Part shown: in pieces, positions 47,571 to 56,823 of the stretch
How positions within the stretch are numbered: the stretch's first letter is position 1
How the letters are laid out: every line of letters starts with the position of its first letter
DNA from: Escherichia phage vB_EcoM_SP1
Sequence record: MT682709.1
DNA: 64,000 nucleotides
Direction: 5' to 3' (one strand)
The notes under the pieces: model-generated
What the model saw: the letters and a program-made list of their open reading frames with translations, nothing else
Told to the model about the DNA's origin: nothing
The model's database searches: none
Translations under genes and position numbers: made by a program

Positions 47571-47948
47571 AAAATCGCTATTTTGGTTATTGCATTGGGT
47601 CTTACTGGTTGTGTAGCTCAAGGACCGGTAGTAAATCAATCTGATGTAGGAAAAATTGTAAACTGTTCAAGCAAATTTTATAATCCTAATGTTAAGTGTT
47701 ATAAAGAAGCTCCAAAACAGACAGTAGAACAAATGCAGGCGAATTTTGACGAAGCTATTCGTCCAGATGAATCTGCACAAGCATATCGTAATTCAGATGT
47801 GATTACGCGTGAAGAAAAAATTGAAAGTTACTGTGCCGAACTTTGGGCTAATTGGGCTAATAATTATCAATGGCGTACTGGTAAAAATGCTCCGATGGAG
47901 TATGTAGTAAATTCTTATAATTCATGTGTAAAAAATTTGACTAAGTGA
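47568..47948 (+). CDS. lipoprotein (126 aa)
   Basis: ATG 47568 after GGAGAATGAA; signal peptide with lipobox LTGC; the longer track ORF 47379..47948 spans the promoter and is not the real N-terminus. Confidence 0.6.
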   Translation: MKIAILVIALGLTGCVAQGPVVNQSDVGKIVNCSSKFYNPNVKCYKEAPKQTVEQMQANFDEAIRPDESAQAYRNSDVITREEKIESYCAELWANWANNYQWRTGKNAPMEYVVNSYNSCVKNLTK

Positions 47949-47955
47949 GGAAAAC

Positions 47956-48207
47956 ATGGAAACTTTAGTAGCAGGTTCAATTTTTATGGTTTTAGTTTCA
48001 GGTGTGTTGGCTATTATTATATACATGCTTCCGTGGTTCATCGCCTTGATGCGTGGGTCAAAATCGACAGTAGGAATCTTTTTCACATCTTTACTGTTTA
48101 ACTGGTCAATCATTGGTTGGTTTATTACATTTATTTGGTCAATTGCGGGTGAAACTAAAAAATCTGTACAGCAAAATCAAGTAATTATCATCAGAGAGAA
48201 GGAATGA
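47956..48207 (+). CDS. imm: immunity (superinfection exclusion) membrane protein Imm
   Basis: 83 aa with two TM segments between genes 43 and 42, as T4 imm. Confidence 0.75.
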   Translation: METLVAGSIFMVLVSGVLAIIIYMLPWFIALMRGSKSTVGIFFTSLLFNWSIIGWFITFIWSIAGETKKSVQQNQVIIIREKE

Positions 48208-48353
48208 AAAGCAAAATTTTAGCAGTATTGCTTTTAATCTTGATGATTATAATAAGTATATACTATAGCGTAGCAGTTCCTTGTATGATTCCAACTATTA
48301 TTTTAGGCTGGAGCTTATTACTGTTACAAGTTAAATATGAATGTATCAATTGA
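48204..48353 (+). CDS. small hydrophobic peptide (49 aa)
   Basis: ATG overlapping imm stop (ATGA); below ORF-track cutoff. Confidence 0.4.
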   Translation: MKSKILAVLLLILMIIISIYYSVAVPCMIPTIILGWSLLLLQVKYECIN

Positions 48354-48360
48354 GGTTTAA

Positions 48361-49101
48361 ATGATTAATGACTCTATGACAGTTGAAGAAACCCGTCTTC
48401 ATTTGGGAATTGCATTAAAGGAAAAAGATTTCGTAGTTGATAAAACTGGTGTTAAAACTATTGAAATTATTGGCGCATCATTTGTAGCAGATGAACCTTT
48501 TATTTTTGGTGCTCTTAATGATGAATACATTCAACGTGAACTTGAATGGTATAAATCTAAAAGTTTGTTTGTTAAAGATATTCCAGGCGAAACGCCAAAG
48601 ATTTGGCAACAGGTAGCATCTTCTAAAGGTGAAATTAACTCGAATTATGGTTGGGCTATCTGGTCAGAAGATAACTATGCCCAGTATGATATGTGTTTAG
48701 CTGAACTTGGTCAAAATCCTGATTCTCGCCGCGGTATCATGATTTATACTCGTCCATCCATGCAGTTTGACTACAACAAAGATGGTATGTCAGATTTCAT
48801 GTGTACGAATACAGTACAGTACCTGATTCGTGATAAGAAAGTCAATGCAGTAGTAAGCATGCGTTCAAATGACGTGGTCTTTGGATTCCGTAATGATTAT
48901 GCATGGCAAAAATACGTACTAGATAAATTAGTATCTGATTTGAATGCAGGTGATTCAACTCGTCAGTATAAAGCAGGTTCCATTATATGGAATGTTGGAA
49001 GCCTTCATGTGTATTCTCGTCATTTTTATTTGGTTGACCATTGGTGGAAAACTGGCGAAACTCATATTGCGAAAAAAGATTATAACGGTGAGTGGAAATG
49101 A
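48361..49101 (+). CDS. 42: dCMP hydroxymethylase gp42
   Basis: 246 aa; thymidylate-synthase-like fold; position as T4 gene 42. Confidence 0.9.
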   Translation: MINDSMTVEETRLHLGIALKEKDFVVDKTGVKTIEIIGASFVADEPFIFGALNDEYIQRELEWYKSKSLFVKDIPGETPKIWQQVASSKGEINSNYGWAIWSEDNYAQYDMCLAELGQNPDSRRGIMIYTRPSMQFDYNKDGMSDFMCTNTVQYLIRDKKVNAVVSMRSNDVVFGFRNDYAWQKYVLDKLVSDLNAGDSTRQYKAGSIIWNVGSLHVYSRHFYLVDHWWKTGETHIAKKDYNGEWK

Positions 49102-49940
49102 TTCAATTCGTAATTCCAAGCTATCAACGCGTAGGGGCAGTTTCTGCCCTTGATATGTTTCCGACTGATTATGAACCTCATATTGTAGTACGTGAACACG
49201 AAGAAAAAGCTTATTATGACGCTTACGGGTCTAGAGCTAAAATTGTAGTTATTCCCGATGATGTAAATGGAATTGCTGGAACTCGTAAAGCAATTACTGA
49301 TATGTATGCAGGTCAACGAATTTGGATGATCGATGATGATACTACTATTCGTATGAGTTCAATGCGAAAGAAAGATGATCGTCGCTGCGTAGATAAAATT
49401 AATCAATTAACTCGTGAACAGTTCTATGAATTGATTCAATACGTTGAAGATGCCATGGATTGCGGGTATTATCATGGCCATGCTCGTCTACCTATTTTTA
49501 AAATTACTTCATCTTGGGGTAATTATCGTGAAAATTCATATGGATTCACGAATACATGGTATGACCTTGGAAAACTTACAACAGAACAAATTGGGTATGG
49601 AAAAATTGATTTATGCGAAGATATGTATGCATTTCTCAATTTAATTAATCAAGGTTATCCGCATTTGGCCTTGTTCAAATATCTGGTTGTATCCGGAAAA
49701 GCACAAGCCCCCGGTGGATGTAGTTCAATTCGTAGCAATTCTAAACATAATAGAGCGCTTGAGCAAATCAATAGAGAATTTCCAGAGCAAGCTCGTTGGA
49801 AAACATCGAATATTGAAAAGAGAAAATCGTTGGGTGAAGAAGATGAGCCATTAAAGGTTCTTCGCATGTGTGTTTCGCGCAAAGAAAAATCAGAAGCGTT
49901 TCATAAGTTTAATGCTATTCATCCAATAGTAGTTGATTAA
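49098..49940 (+). CDS. putative GT-A fold glycosyltransferase (DxD motif) at the T4 beta-gt position
   Basis: 280 aa from ATG 49098 (ATGA overlap with gene 42); WMIDDDTT motif; not similar to recalled T4 beta-gt. Confidence 0.6.
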   Translation: MIQFVIPSYQRVGAVSALDMFPTDYEPHIVVREHEEKAYYDAYGSRAKIVVIPDDVNGIAGTRKAITDMYAGQRIWMIDDDTTIRMSSMRKKDDRRCVDKINQLTREQFYELIQYVEDAMDCGYYHGHARLPIFKITSSWGNYRENSYGFTNTWYDLGKLTTEQIGYGKIDLCEDMYAFLNLINQGYPHLALFKYLVVSGKAQAPGGCSSIRSNSKHNRALEQINREFPEQARWKTSNIEKRKSLGEEDEPLKVLRMCVSRKEKSEAFHKFNAIHPIVVD

Positions 49941-50017
49941 TGCCTAAATTTATTGTGTTATAATTACTCTATCTTTAACCGGTGAGGAAAATATAATGAT
50001 GCCTATGGAAAAAATGA

Positions 50018-51199
50018 ATGTCTATTGCAGATTTAAAATCCCGTTTGATTAAAGCTTCCACTTCTAAAATGACTGCTGAACTGACTACATCTAAATTCTT
50101 TAATGAAAAGGATGTAATCCGTACAAAAATCCCAATGCTTAATATTGCTATTTCCGGTGCGATTGATGGTGGTATGCAGTCTGGTTTAACCATTTTTGCA
50201 GGTCCTTCTAAACACTTTAAATCAAATATGTCTTTGACTATGGTTGCGGCGTATTTGAACAAATATCCTGATGCAGTTTGTCTATTTTATGATAGCGAAT
50301 TTGGTATCACTCCAGCTTATTTGCGATCCATGGGAGTTGACCCGGAACGAGTAATTCATACACCAATTCAGTCAGTTGAACAACTGAAAATTGATATGGT
50401 GAATCAGCTTGAAGCTATTGAGCGTGGTGAAAAGGTTATTGTATTCATCGACTCAATCGGTAATATGGCTTCTAAGAAAGAAACGGAAGATGCCTTGAAT
50501 GAAAAATCTGTGGCAGATATGACTCGTGCTAAATCGCTGAAGTCATTATTCCGTATTGTTACTCCTTATTTTAGTATTAAAAATATTCCATGCGTTGCGG
50601 TTAACCATACAATTGAAACAATTGAAATGTTTAGTAAAACCGTGATGACAGGTGGTACAGGCGTAATGTATTCGGCTGATACTGTATTCATTATCGGTAA
50701 GCGCCAGATTAAAGATGGTTCTGATCTTCAGGGGTATCAATTTGTTCTAAATGTAGAAAAATCTCGTACCGTTAAAGAAAAAAGTAAATTCTTTATTGAT
50801 GTTAAATTTGACGGTGGTATCGATCCTTATTCTGGATTGTTAGATATGGCTCTTGAATTAGGATTTGTAGTAAAACCTAAAAATGGCTGGTATGCTCGTG
50901 AATTTCTTGACGAAGAAACAGGCGAGATGATTCGCGAAGAAAAATCTTGGCGTGCAAAAGATACCAACTGCACTACATTCTGGGGTCCTTTATTTAAGCA
51001 TCAACCATTCCGAGATGCTATTAAACGTGCTTATCAATTAGGTGCTATTGATAGTAATGAAATTGTTGAAGCCGAAGTTGATGAATTAATTAACTCAAAG
51101 GTTGAAAAATTTAAATCTCCAGAAAGTAAAAGTAAATCAGCAGCTGATTTAGAAACTGACCTAGATCAGTTAAGTGATATGGAAGAATTTAATGAATAA
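50018..51199 (+). CDS. uvsX: RecA-like recombinase UvsX
   Basis: 393 aa; MSIADLKSRLIKASTSK...; Walker A GPSKHFKS; matches recalled T4 UvsX. Confidence 0.9.
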   Translation: MSIADLKSRLIKASTSKMTAELTTSKFFNEKDVIRTKIPMLNIAISGAIDGGMQSGLTIFAGPSKHFKSNMSLTMVAAYLNKYPDAVCLFYDSEFGITPAYLRSMGVDPERVIHTPIQSVEQLKIDMVNQLEAIERGEKVIVFIDSIGNMASKKETEDALNEKSVADMTRAKSLKSLFRIVTPYFSIKNIPCVAVNHTIETIEMFSKTVMTGGTGVMYSADTVFIIGKRQIKDGSDLQGYQFVLNVEKSRTVKEKSKFFIDVKFDGGIDPYSGLLDMALELGFVVKPKNGWYAREFLDEETGEMIREEKSWRAKDTNCTTFWGPLFKHQPFRDAIKRAYQLGAIDSNEIVEAEVDELINSKVEKFKSPESKSKSAADLETDLDQLSDMEEFNE

Positions 51200-51530
51200 A
51201 GATGATTTAGATTTAGAAATTATCGACGAATCCCCCTCTTCGGAGGGGGAAGAAGAAAGAAAAGAACGTCTTTTTAATGAATCTCTTAAGATAATTAAAT
51301 CTGCCATGGAAAATGTTATCCAGGAGATTATCATTAAACTAGAAGATGGTTCTACACACATTGTGTATGTGACAAAATTAGATTGGGTTGATGGAAAAGT
51401 CGTAATGGACTTTGCTGTTCTTGACCAAGAAAGAAAAGCTGAGTTAGCTCCTCATGTAGAAAAATGTATTACAATGCAACTACAAGATGCATTTAATAAA
51501 AGGTCAAAGAAAAAATTTAAATTCTTTTAA
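51192..51530 (+). CDS. 40: gp40-like protein (112 aa)
   Basis: ATG 51192 overlapping uvsX stop; sits between uvsX and 41 as T4 gene 40. Confidence 0.55.
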   Translation: MNKDDLDLEIIDESPSSEGEEERKERLFNESLKIIKSAMENVIQEIIIKLEDGSTHIVYVTKLDWVDGKVVMDFAVLDQERKAELAPHVEKCITMQLQDAFNKRSKKKFKFF

Positions 51531-51539
51531 GGAGTAAGT

Positions 51540-52967
51540 GTGGTAGAAATTATTCTTTCTCATCTCATATTTGATCAAGCTTATTTTTCAAAAGTTTGGC
51601 CATATATGGATTCAGAATATTTTGAAAGTGGTCCAGCTAAAAATACATTCAAATTAATTAAATCTCATGTTAATGAGTACCATAGCGTTCCATCTATTAA
51701 TGCGTTAAATGTTGCATTAGAAAATAGTTCATTTACTGAAACAGAATATTCTGGTGTAAAAACACTTATTTCAAAACTAACCGATTCTCCGGAAGACCAT
51801 AGCTGGTTAGTAAAAGAAACAGAAAAATATGTTCAGCAAAGGGCGATGTTTAACGCCACATCTAAAATAATTGAAATTCAAACCAATGCTGAGCTTCCTC
51901 CAGAAAAACGAAATAAGAAAATGCCAGATGTAGGTGCTATTCCTGACATCATGCGCCAAGCATTATCAATTTCATTTGATAGCTACGTTGGCCATGATTG
52001 GATGGATGACTACGAAGCACGTTGGCTATCTTATATGAATAAAGCTCGTAAGGTTCCATTTAGACTCAAAATTCTAAATAAAATTACTAAAGGCGGAGCT
52101 GAAACTGGAACACTGAACGTTTTAATGGCTGGTGTTAACGTTGGTAAGTCATTAGGTCTGTGTTCATTGGCAGCAGATTATTTGCAGCTCGGACATAATG
52201 TTCTTTACATTTCCATGGAAATGGCAGAAGAAGTCTGTGCTAAACGTATTGACGCTAATATGCTCGATGTTTCTCTTGATGACATTGATGATGGGCATAT
52301 TTCTTACGCTGAATATAAAGGAAAAATGGAAAAATGGCGTGAGAAATCTACTCTCGGCCGTTTAATCGTTAAACAGTATCCTACTGGTGGAGCAGACGCT
52401 AATACATTTCGATCGCTTTTAAACGAATTGAAGCTCAAGAAGAATTTTGTTCCAACGATCATTATTGTCGACTATCTAGGTATTTGTAAATCTTGCCGCA
52501 TCAGAGTTTACTCAGAAAATAGTTACACAACTGTTAAAGCTATCGCAGAGGAATTGCGTGCTCTGGCTGTTGAAACCGAAACTGTTCTTTGGACTGCAGC
52601 ACAGGTTGGTAAGCAAGCTTGGGATTCTTCTGATGTTAACATGAGCGATATTGCAGAATCTGCCGGTCTTCCAGCAACAGCCGATTTTATGCTTGCGGTC
52701 ATTGAAACCGAGGAGTTAGCAGCTGCTGAACAACAACTCATTAAGCAAATCAAATCACGATATGGTGATAAGAATAAATGGAATAAGTTTTTGATGGGTG
52801 TTCAAAAAGGAAATCAGAAATGGGTAGAAATTGAACAAGATTCTACTCCAACTGAAGTTAACGAAGTAGCAGGTTCGCAACAGATACAAGCTGAGCAGAA
52901 TCGCTATCAAAGAAATGAATCTACTCGAGCCCAGTTAGATGCTTTAGCAAACGAATTAAAATTTTAG
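51540..52967 (+). CDS. 41: replicative DNA helicase gp41 (DnaB-like)
   Basis: 475 aa; GTG start; Walker A AGVNVGKS; matches recalled T4 gp41. Confidence 0.9.
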   Translation: MVEIILSHLIFDQAYFSKVWPYMDSEYFESGPAKNTFKLIKSHVNEYHSVPSINALNVALENSSFTETEYSGVKTLISKLTDSPEDHSWLVKETEKYVQQRAMFNATSKIIEIQTNAELPPEKRNKKMPDVGAIPDIMRQALSISFDSYVGHDWMDDYEARWLSYMNKARKVPFRLKILNKITKGGAETGTLNVLMAGVNVGKSLGLCSLAADYLQLGHNVLYISMEMAEEVCAKRIDANMLDVSLDDIDDGHISYAEYKGKMEKWREKSTLGRLIVKQYPTGGADANTFRSLLNELKLKKNFVPTIIIVDYLGICKSCRIRVYSENSYTTVKAIAEELRALAVETETVLWTAAQVGKQAWDSSDVNMSDIAESAGLPATADFMLAVIETEELAAAEQQLIKQIKSRYGDKNKWNKFLMGVQKGNQKWVEIEQDSTPTEVNEVAGSQQIQAEQNRYQRNESTRAQLDALANELKF

Positions 52968-53003
52968 TTTACAATCTGACAAGACTATGGTATAGTAGTC
53001 TTG
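52967..53003 (+). promoter_or_regulatory. early promoter with inverted repeat around the -10 (PeSL-like)
   Basis: GTTTAC 52967-52972; CAAGACTA (52980-52987) / TAGTCTTG (52996-53003) flank TGGTATAG. Confidence 0.55.
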
Positions 53004-53026
53004 TTGGTTAAATTGGGGAAATTATT

Positions 53027-53218
53027 ATGGAATTAGCAAAGATTGTTTTTATTGGCTGGTTTGAAAATGGTAATATGTTTACCAAAGAAATCACTATGGA
53101 TGTGTCTGATAAAGATCAAATTCTATGGGTCACTTCACAACTTGCTGAAGTTAATAAAGCTTTAGTTAAAGCATTTGTTAATGATAAAAAAGTTTTTGAA
53201 TCTGATTGGCGAGGGTAA
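53027..53218 (+). CDS. dmd: Dmd (discriminator of mRNA degradation; antitoxin to host RnlA/LsoA)
   Basis: 63 aa; MELAKIVFIGWFENGNMFTKEITM... resembles recalled T4 Dmd; immediately downstream of gene 41. Confidence 0.7.
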   Translation: MELAKIVFIGWFENGNMFTKEITMDVSDKDQILWVTSQLAEVNKALVKAFVNDKKVFESDWRG

Positions 53219-53219
53219 T

Positions 53220-53462
53220 ATGCATACGGTTTTATTTAAACCTACTCCGTATAACGTCAGGAAAAATACTCAATTCAAAGCACTTATTGCAGATACGTGG
53301 GAATTGGTGTTAGATATTCCAGCAGAAGAAAGTCCTCCATTTGGTCGAGTGGAATTTATTAAGTTTGCTGTGCGCCATACGAAGCGACAGATTCGCCAAT
53401 GCAAAAGATACTTTCGTAAAATAGTCAAGTTAGAGAAACAGTTATTGATGCTAGTAAAATAG
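53220..53462 (+). CDS. hypothetical basic protein (80 aa)
   Basis: ATG 53220 (TAATATG) in track frame. Confidence 0.5.
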   Translation: MHTVLFKPTPYNVRKNTQFKALIADTWELVLDIPAEESPPFGRVEFIKFAVRHTKRQIRQCKRYFRKIVKLEKQLLMLVK

Positions 53463-53464
53463 TA

Positions 53465-53507
53465 GTTTACAAGCTGATAGAGTTGTGTTATAGTAATTCT
53501 ATCAGCT
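53465..53507 (+). promoter_or_regulatory. early promoter embedded in a 10-bp inverted repeat (PeSL-like)
   Basis: GTTTAC 53465-53470; arms AGCTGATAGA (53472-53481) / TCTATCAGCT (53498-53507) with TATAGT in the 16-nt spacer. Confidence 0.55.
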
Positions 53508-53525
53508 AATCGCGGAGAAAAGAAA

Positions 53526-53780
53526 ATGATGCTAGTTAATAGAGAATATCAGTTTAAATCAGAAGAAGATTTGGAAAAATTCGCAAGTGGTTGTGAACTG
53601 AATAGACGCACAGCTAAAGTCATAGGATTAAAACCCTTTACAGTTCTAGATTGTGAAGTTTCTAAATTCCGCAGAGGGTGTTCTATTAGCGGTCATGCTC
53701 TGGTTGATGGGAACACATTTTTCTTTGTTTTTAGCGTCAGAGAACTTTTATTGATTAACGAACTTGAGGAAATAAAATAG
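53526..53780 (+). CDS. hypothetical protein (84 aa)
   Basis: ATG after GGAGAAAAGAAA leader. Confidence 0.55.
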   Translation: MMLVNREYQFKSEEDLEKFASGCELNRRTAKVIGLKPFTVLDCEVSKFRRGCSISGHALVDGNTFFFVFSVRELLLINELEEIK

Positions 53781-53810
53781 TTTACTTTTGTTAGAAATTG
53801 AGATACTATA
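53780..53810 (+). promoter_or_regulatory. T4-type early promoter
   Basis: GTTTAC 53780-53785, TACTAT 53805-53810. Confidence 0.55.
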
Positions 53811-53837
53811 TAAACATAAACTACTGAGGAGATTATC

Positions 53838-54131
53838 ATGAAAAAATTTGTTTTTGCTGCAATTTTTGCTTTAGCTTCTTGCGCTGCTCAGCCTGCTATG
53901 GCAGGTTATGATAAAGATTTGTGCGAATGGTCTATGACTGCAGATCAGACTGAGGTTGAAACTCAGATTGAAGCAGATATTATGAATATCGTTGAGCGTG
54001 ATCGCCCTGAAATGAAAGCTAAAGTACAAAAACAGCTTAAGTCTGGTGGTGTAATGCAGTATAATTATGTTCTGTATTGCGATAAAAACTTCAATAATAA
54101 AAATATCATCGCTGAAGTGGTAGGTGAATAA
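53838..54131 (+). CDS. sp: spackle periplasmic protein Sp
   Basis: 97 aa with signal peptide; MKKFVFAAIFALASCAAQPAMAGYDKDLCEWSMTADQ... matches recalled T4 Sp. Confidence 0.8.
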   Translation: MKKFVFAAIFALASCAAQPAMAGYDKDLCEWSMTADQTEVETQIEADIMNIVERDRPEMKAKVQKQLKSGGVMQYNYVLYCDKNFNNKNIIAEVVGE

Positions 54132-54757
54132 TGCTTTATCAAATGCACAAGTGCAAAGACACGTACAAATATAAAGGTGCCCAGTGTTATATCATTAATC
54201 GTGAAAACGCAGGTCCAGGTCATTCGCATCAATCAAGATTTGTATTTGTTAAAAATAATGAAATTATAGCAGTTGCTAATTACGTGCTTGTGACTAGTGA
54301 TGTTAATCCGGTGCCTTTTACATATTATAATCTAATGGACTTGGCGTACGATTATAATTGGTTTAATCGTGACACTTTGGCTCATATCGAAGGCGTAGGA
54401 TTTGACATCTCTTACTCTAGTTACTCGTTGTGTCCTATGAGCCGAGCTCATAAAGAGCCTGAATATTTTTCATTTCGGCGGCGCGTAGACTTTAAACGCA
54501 GCACAGAGTATATTGGTGGAATCTTTGTTAAAGATAATCGAATTACTCGCATTATTTATCCTTTGGGTTGTGGTCAAAAAGATATTGATGTTGATTTAGA
54601 CTTTACTGAAAACATCATTAATCATATTGCTTCTGTGTATTTTGATATTGATCACAAAATTGTAATATGCGGATATGAATTACCATCGGAAAAACAGTTT
54701 AAAGTAAAAGTTTCTATTGATGACCAAATTTTTAATGCTTTTATGAATAGAGGTTAA
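54131..54757 (+). CDS. hypothetical protein (208 aa)
   Basis: ATG overlapping sp stop. Confidence 0.6.
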   Translation: MLYQMHKCKDTYKYKGAQCYIINRENAGPGHSHQSRFVFVKNNEIIAVANYVLVTSDVNPVPFTYYNLMDLAYDYNWFNRDTLAHIEGVGFDISYSSYSLCPMSRAHKEPEYFSFRRRVDFKRSTEYIGGIFVKDNRITRIIYPLGCGQKDIDVDLDFTENIINHIASVYFDIDHKIVICGYELPSEKQFKVKVSIDDQIFNAFMNRG

Positions 54758-54758
54758 T

Positions 54759-54923
54759 ATGAAAACATATAAAGAATTTATTAAAGAAGATATGGTAGCT
54801 GGAGATTCAGGTGGTAATCCTGAAAATATCTCTACTGGAACAACGTCAGGCGCTGTAGTAAATAAAGGTCCTGAACAGATTCCTAAAAAGAAAAAAGAGG
54901 AATCTAAAGAAAAAGAAGAGTAA
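54759..54923 (+). CDS. small internal-protein-like peptide with capsid-targeting leader (MKTYKEFIKED), 54 aa
   Basis: ATG 54759 right after previous stop, ends 3 nt before the gene 61 ATG; Gly/Lys-rich tail; below ORF-track cutoff. Confidence 0.5.
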   Translation: MKTYKEFIKEDMVAGDSGGNPENISTGTTSGAVVNKGPEQIPKKKKEESKEKEE

Positions 54924-54925
54924 AA

Positions 54926-55954
54926 ATGTCATCAATACCTTGGATTGATAATGAGTTTGCATATCGTGCGCTAGCTCATTTACCTAAATTCGCACAAGTA
55001 AATAATAGTTCAACTTTTAAATTACGGTTTAGATGTCCTGTTTGTGGAGATTCAAAAACCGACCAAAATAAAGCCCGTGGATGGTATTATGGTGATAATA
55101 ATGAAGGAAATATTCATTGTTATAACTGTAACTATCATGCACCAATCGGAATATATTTAAAGGAGTTTGAACCTGATTTATATCGTGAGTATATCTTTGA
55201 AATAAGAAAAGAAAAAGGTAAAAGTCGTCCAGTAGAAAAACCTAAAGAACTTCCTAAACAACCTGAGAAGAAAATAATTAAATCTCTTCCGTCATGCATT
55301 AGATTAGATAAACTGGCGGAAGACCATCCAATTATAAAATACGTAAAAGCTCGTTGTATTCCAAAGGATAAATGGAAATATCTTTGGTTTACAACTGAAT
55401 GGCCTAAATTAGTTAATAGTATAGCACCAGGAACATATAAAAAGGAAATACCTGAGCCTCGTCTTGTTATTCCAATTTATAATGCTAATGGAAAAGCTGA
55501 GTCTTTTCAGGGACGTGCATTAAAGAAAGATGCTCCCCAAAAATATATCACCATCAAAGCTTATCCTGAGGCAACAAAAATTTATGGTGTTGAACGGGTT
55601 AAAGATGGCGATGTATATGTTCTAGAAGGACCTATAGATTCGCTTTTTATTGAAAATGGTATAGCTATTACAGGCGGTCAATTAGACCTAGAAATTGTTC
55701 CATTTAAAGATAGACGTGTATGGGTTTTAGATAATGAACCTCGTCACCCTGACACTATTAAACGAATGACTAAATTAGTTGATGCAGGAGAAAGGGTTAT
55801 GTTTTGGGACAAATCTCCCTGGAAATCAAAAGATGTTAATGATATGATTAGAAAGGAAGGTGCAACCCCTGAACAAATTATGGAATATATGAAAAATAAT
55901 ATTGCCCAAGGGTTGATGGCTAAAATGCGGCTATCTAAATATGCTAAGATTTAA
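54926..55954 (+). CDS. 61: DNA primase gp61
   Basis: 342 aa; zinc-binding CPVCGDS...CYNCNYH and TOPRIM-like region; position as T4 gene 61. Confidence 0.9.
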   Translation: MSSIPWIDNEFAYRALAHLPKFAQVNNSSTFKLRFRCPVCGDSKTDQNKARGWYYGDNNEGNIHCYNCNYHAPIGIYLKEFEPDLYREYIFEIRKEKGKSRPVEKPKELPKQPEKKIIKSLPSCIRLDKLAEDHPIIKYVKARCIPKDKWKYLWFTTEWPKLVNSIAPGTYKKEIPEPRLVIPIYNANGKAESFQGRALKKDAPQKYITIKAYPEATKIYGVERVKDGDVYVLEGPIDSLFIENGIAITGGQLDLEIVPFKDRRVWVLDNEPRHPDTIKRMTKLVDAGERVMFWDKSPWKSKDVNDMIRKEGATPEQIMEYMKNNIAQGLMAKMRLSKYAKI

Positions 55955-56151
55955 ATTAACCCAACTAAAGCAAATGCTAAATCCACGAATGTATCAAGAG
56001 TAATTACTGGAATACTAACGCCATGAGCAATAGCAACTGGTGATAAAACAAAATTCCAAAGTAAAATTCCTATCATAGCAGAAATAGTAAAAGCTATACG
56101 TTTTTTATTACCTTTGATGGCATTAACAAGTGCCATTAATTTTTGTACCAT
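55951..56151 (-). CDS. small membrane protein (66 aa) on the opposite strand
   Basis: Reverse strand reads TAAGGAGGACATATG (strong SD plus ATG at 56151); two hydrophobic segments; stop overlaps the end of gene 61. Confidence 0.55.
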   Translation of the reverse strand: MVQKLMALVNAIKGNKKRIAFTISAMIGILLWNFVLSPVAIAHGVSIPVITLDTFVDLAFALVGLI

Positions 56152-56222
56152 ATGTCCTCCTTATTGCTTTATATATTTATTGTATAATTAATCTACTAAT
56201 CCATGAATTGAAAGGAAAAATA

Positions 56223-56741
56223 ATGGCATACTTTAATGAATGTTCACAATTGATCGAAGGCGCTGATAAAGCTCAAAATGAATACTGGGATATTCTCGGT
56301 GATGAAAAAGACCCGCTGCAAGTTATGCTTGATATGCAAAAATCTCTGCAAGTTCGTTTAGCTAAAGATAAACCTGAATATAACCGTCATCCTGATGATT
56401 TGGCTACTGCTGGTGAAGTTGTTGATTGGCTACGTAATCAGAAAGATTATATTGACGATGAATTCCGTGAACTTCTGACATCTCTTGGCGGTATGAGCAA
56501 TGGCGAAAAAGATGCATCTGCTGTATGGAAGCCTTGGAAAGCTCAACATGGTGAACGTCGTGAAACTCTGATTACTGATTTGTCTCCACAAGACCAGTTG
56601 GAAATTAAATTCGAAATGATTGATATTCTTCATTTCGTTCTGAACATGTTCCAAGGTCTTGGTCTTACGGCTGAAGAAATCTTTAAACTTTATTATCTGA
56701 AAAATGCTGAAAACTTCGCTCGTCAAGACCGAGGTTATTAA
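56223..56741 (+). CDS. 56: dCTPase/dCTP pyrophosphatase gp56 (MazG-like)
   Basis: 172 aa from ATG 56223; MAYFNECSQLIEGADKAQNEYWD...; the longer track ORF starting at 56130 is an upstream extension. Confidence 0.85.
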   Translation: MAYFNECSQLIEGADKAQNEYWDILGDEKDPLQVMLDMQKSLQVRLAKDKPEYNRHPDDLATAGEVVDWLRNQKDYIDDEFRELLTSLGGMSNGEKDASAVWKPWKAQHGERRETLITDLSPQDQLEIKFEMIDILHFVLNMFQGLGLTAEEIFKLYYLKNAENFARQDRGY

Positions 56742-56823
56742 TAGCTCGTTTATTTAAACGACGACTTAAAAGCCGCGAGAATTATTATAAATAATCATGT
56801 AATTTAAATAAAAGGAGAATTAC

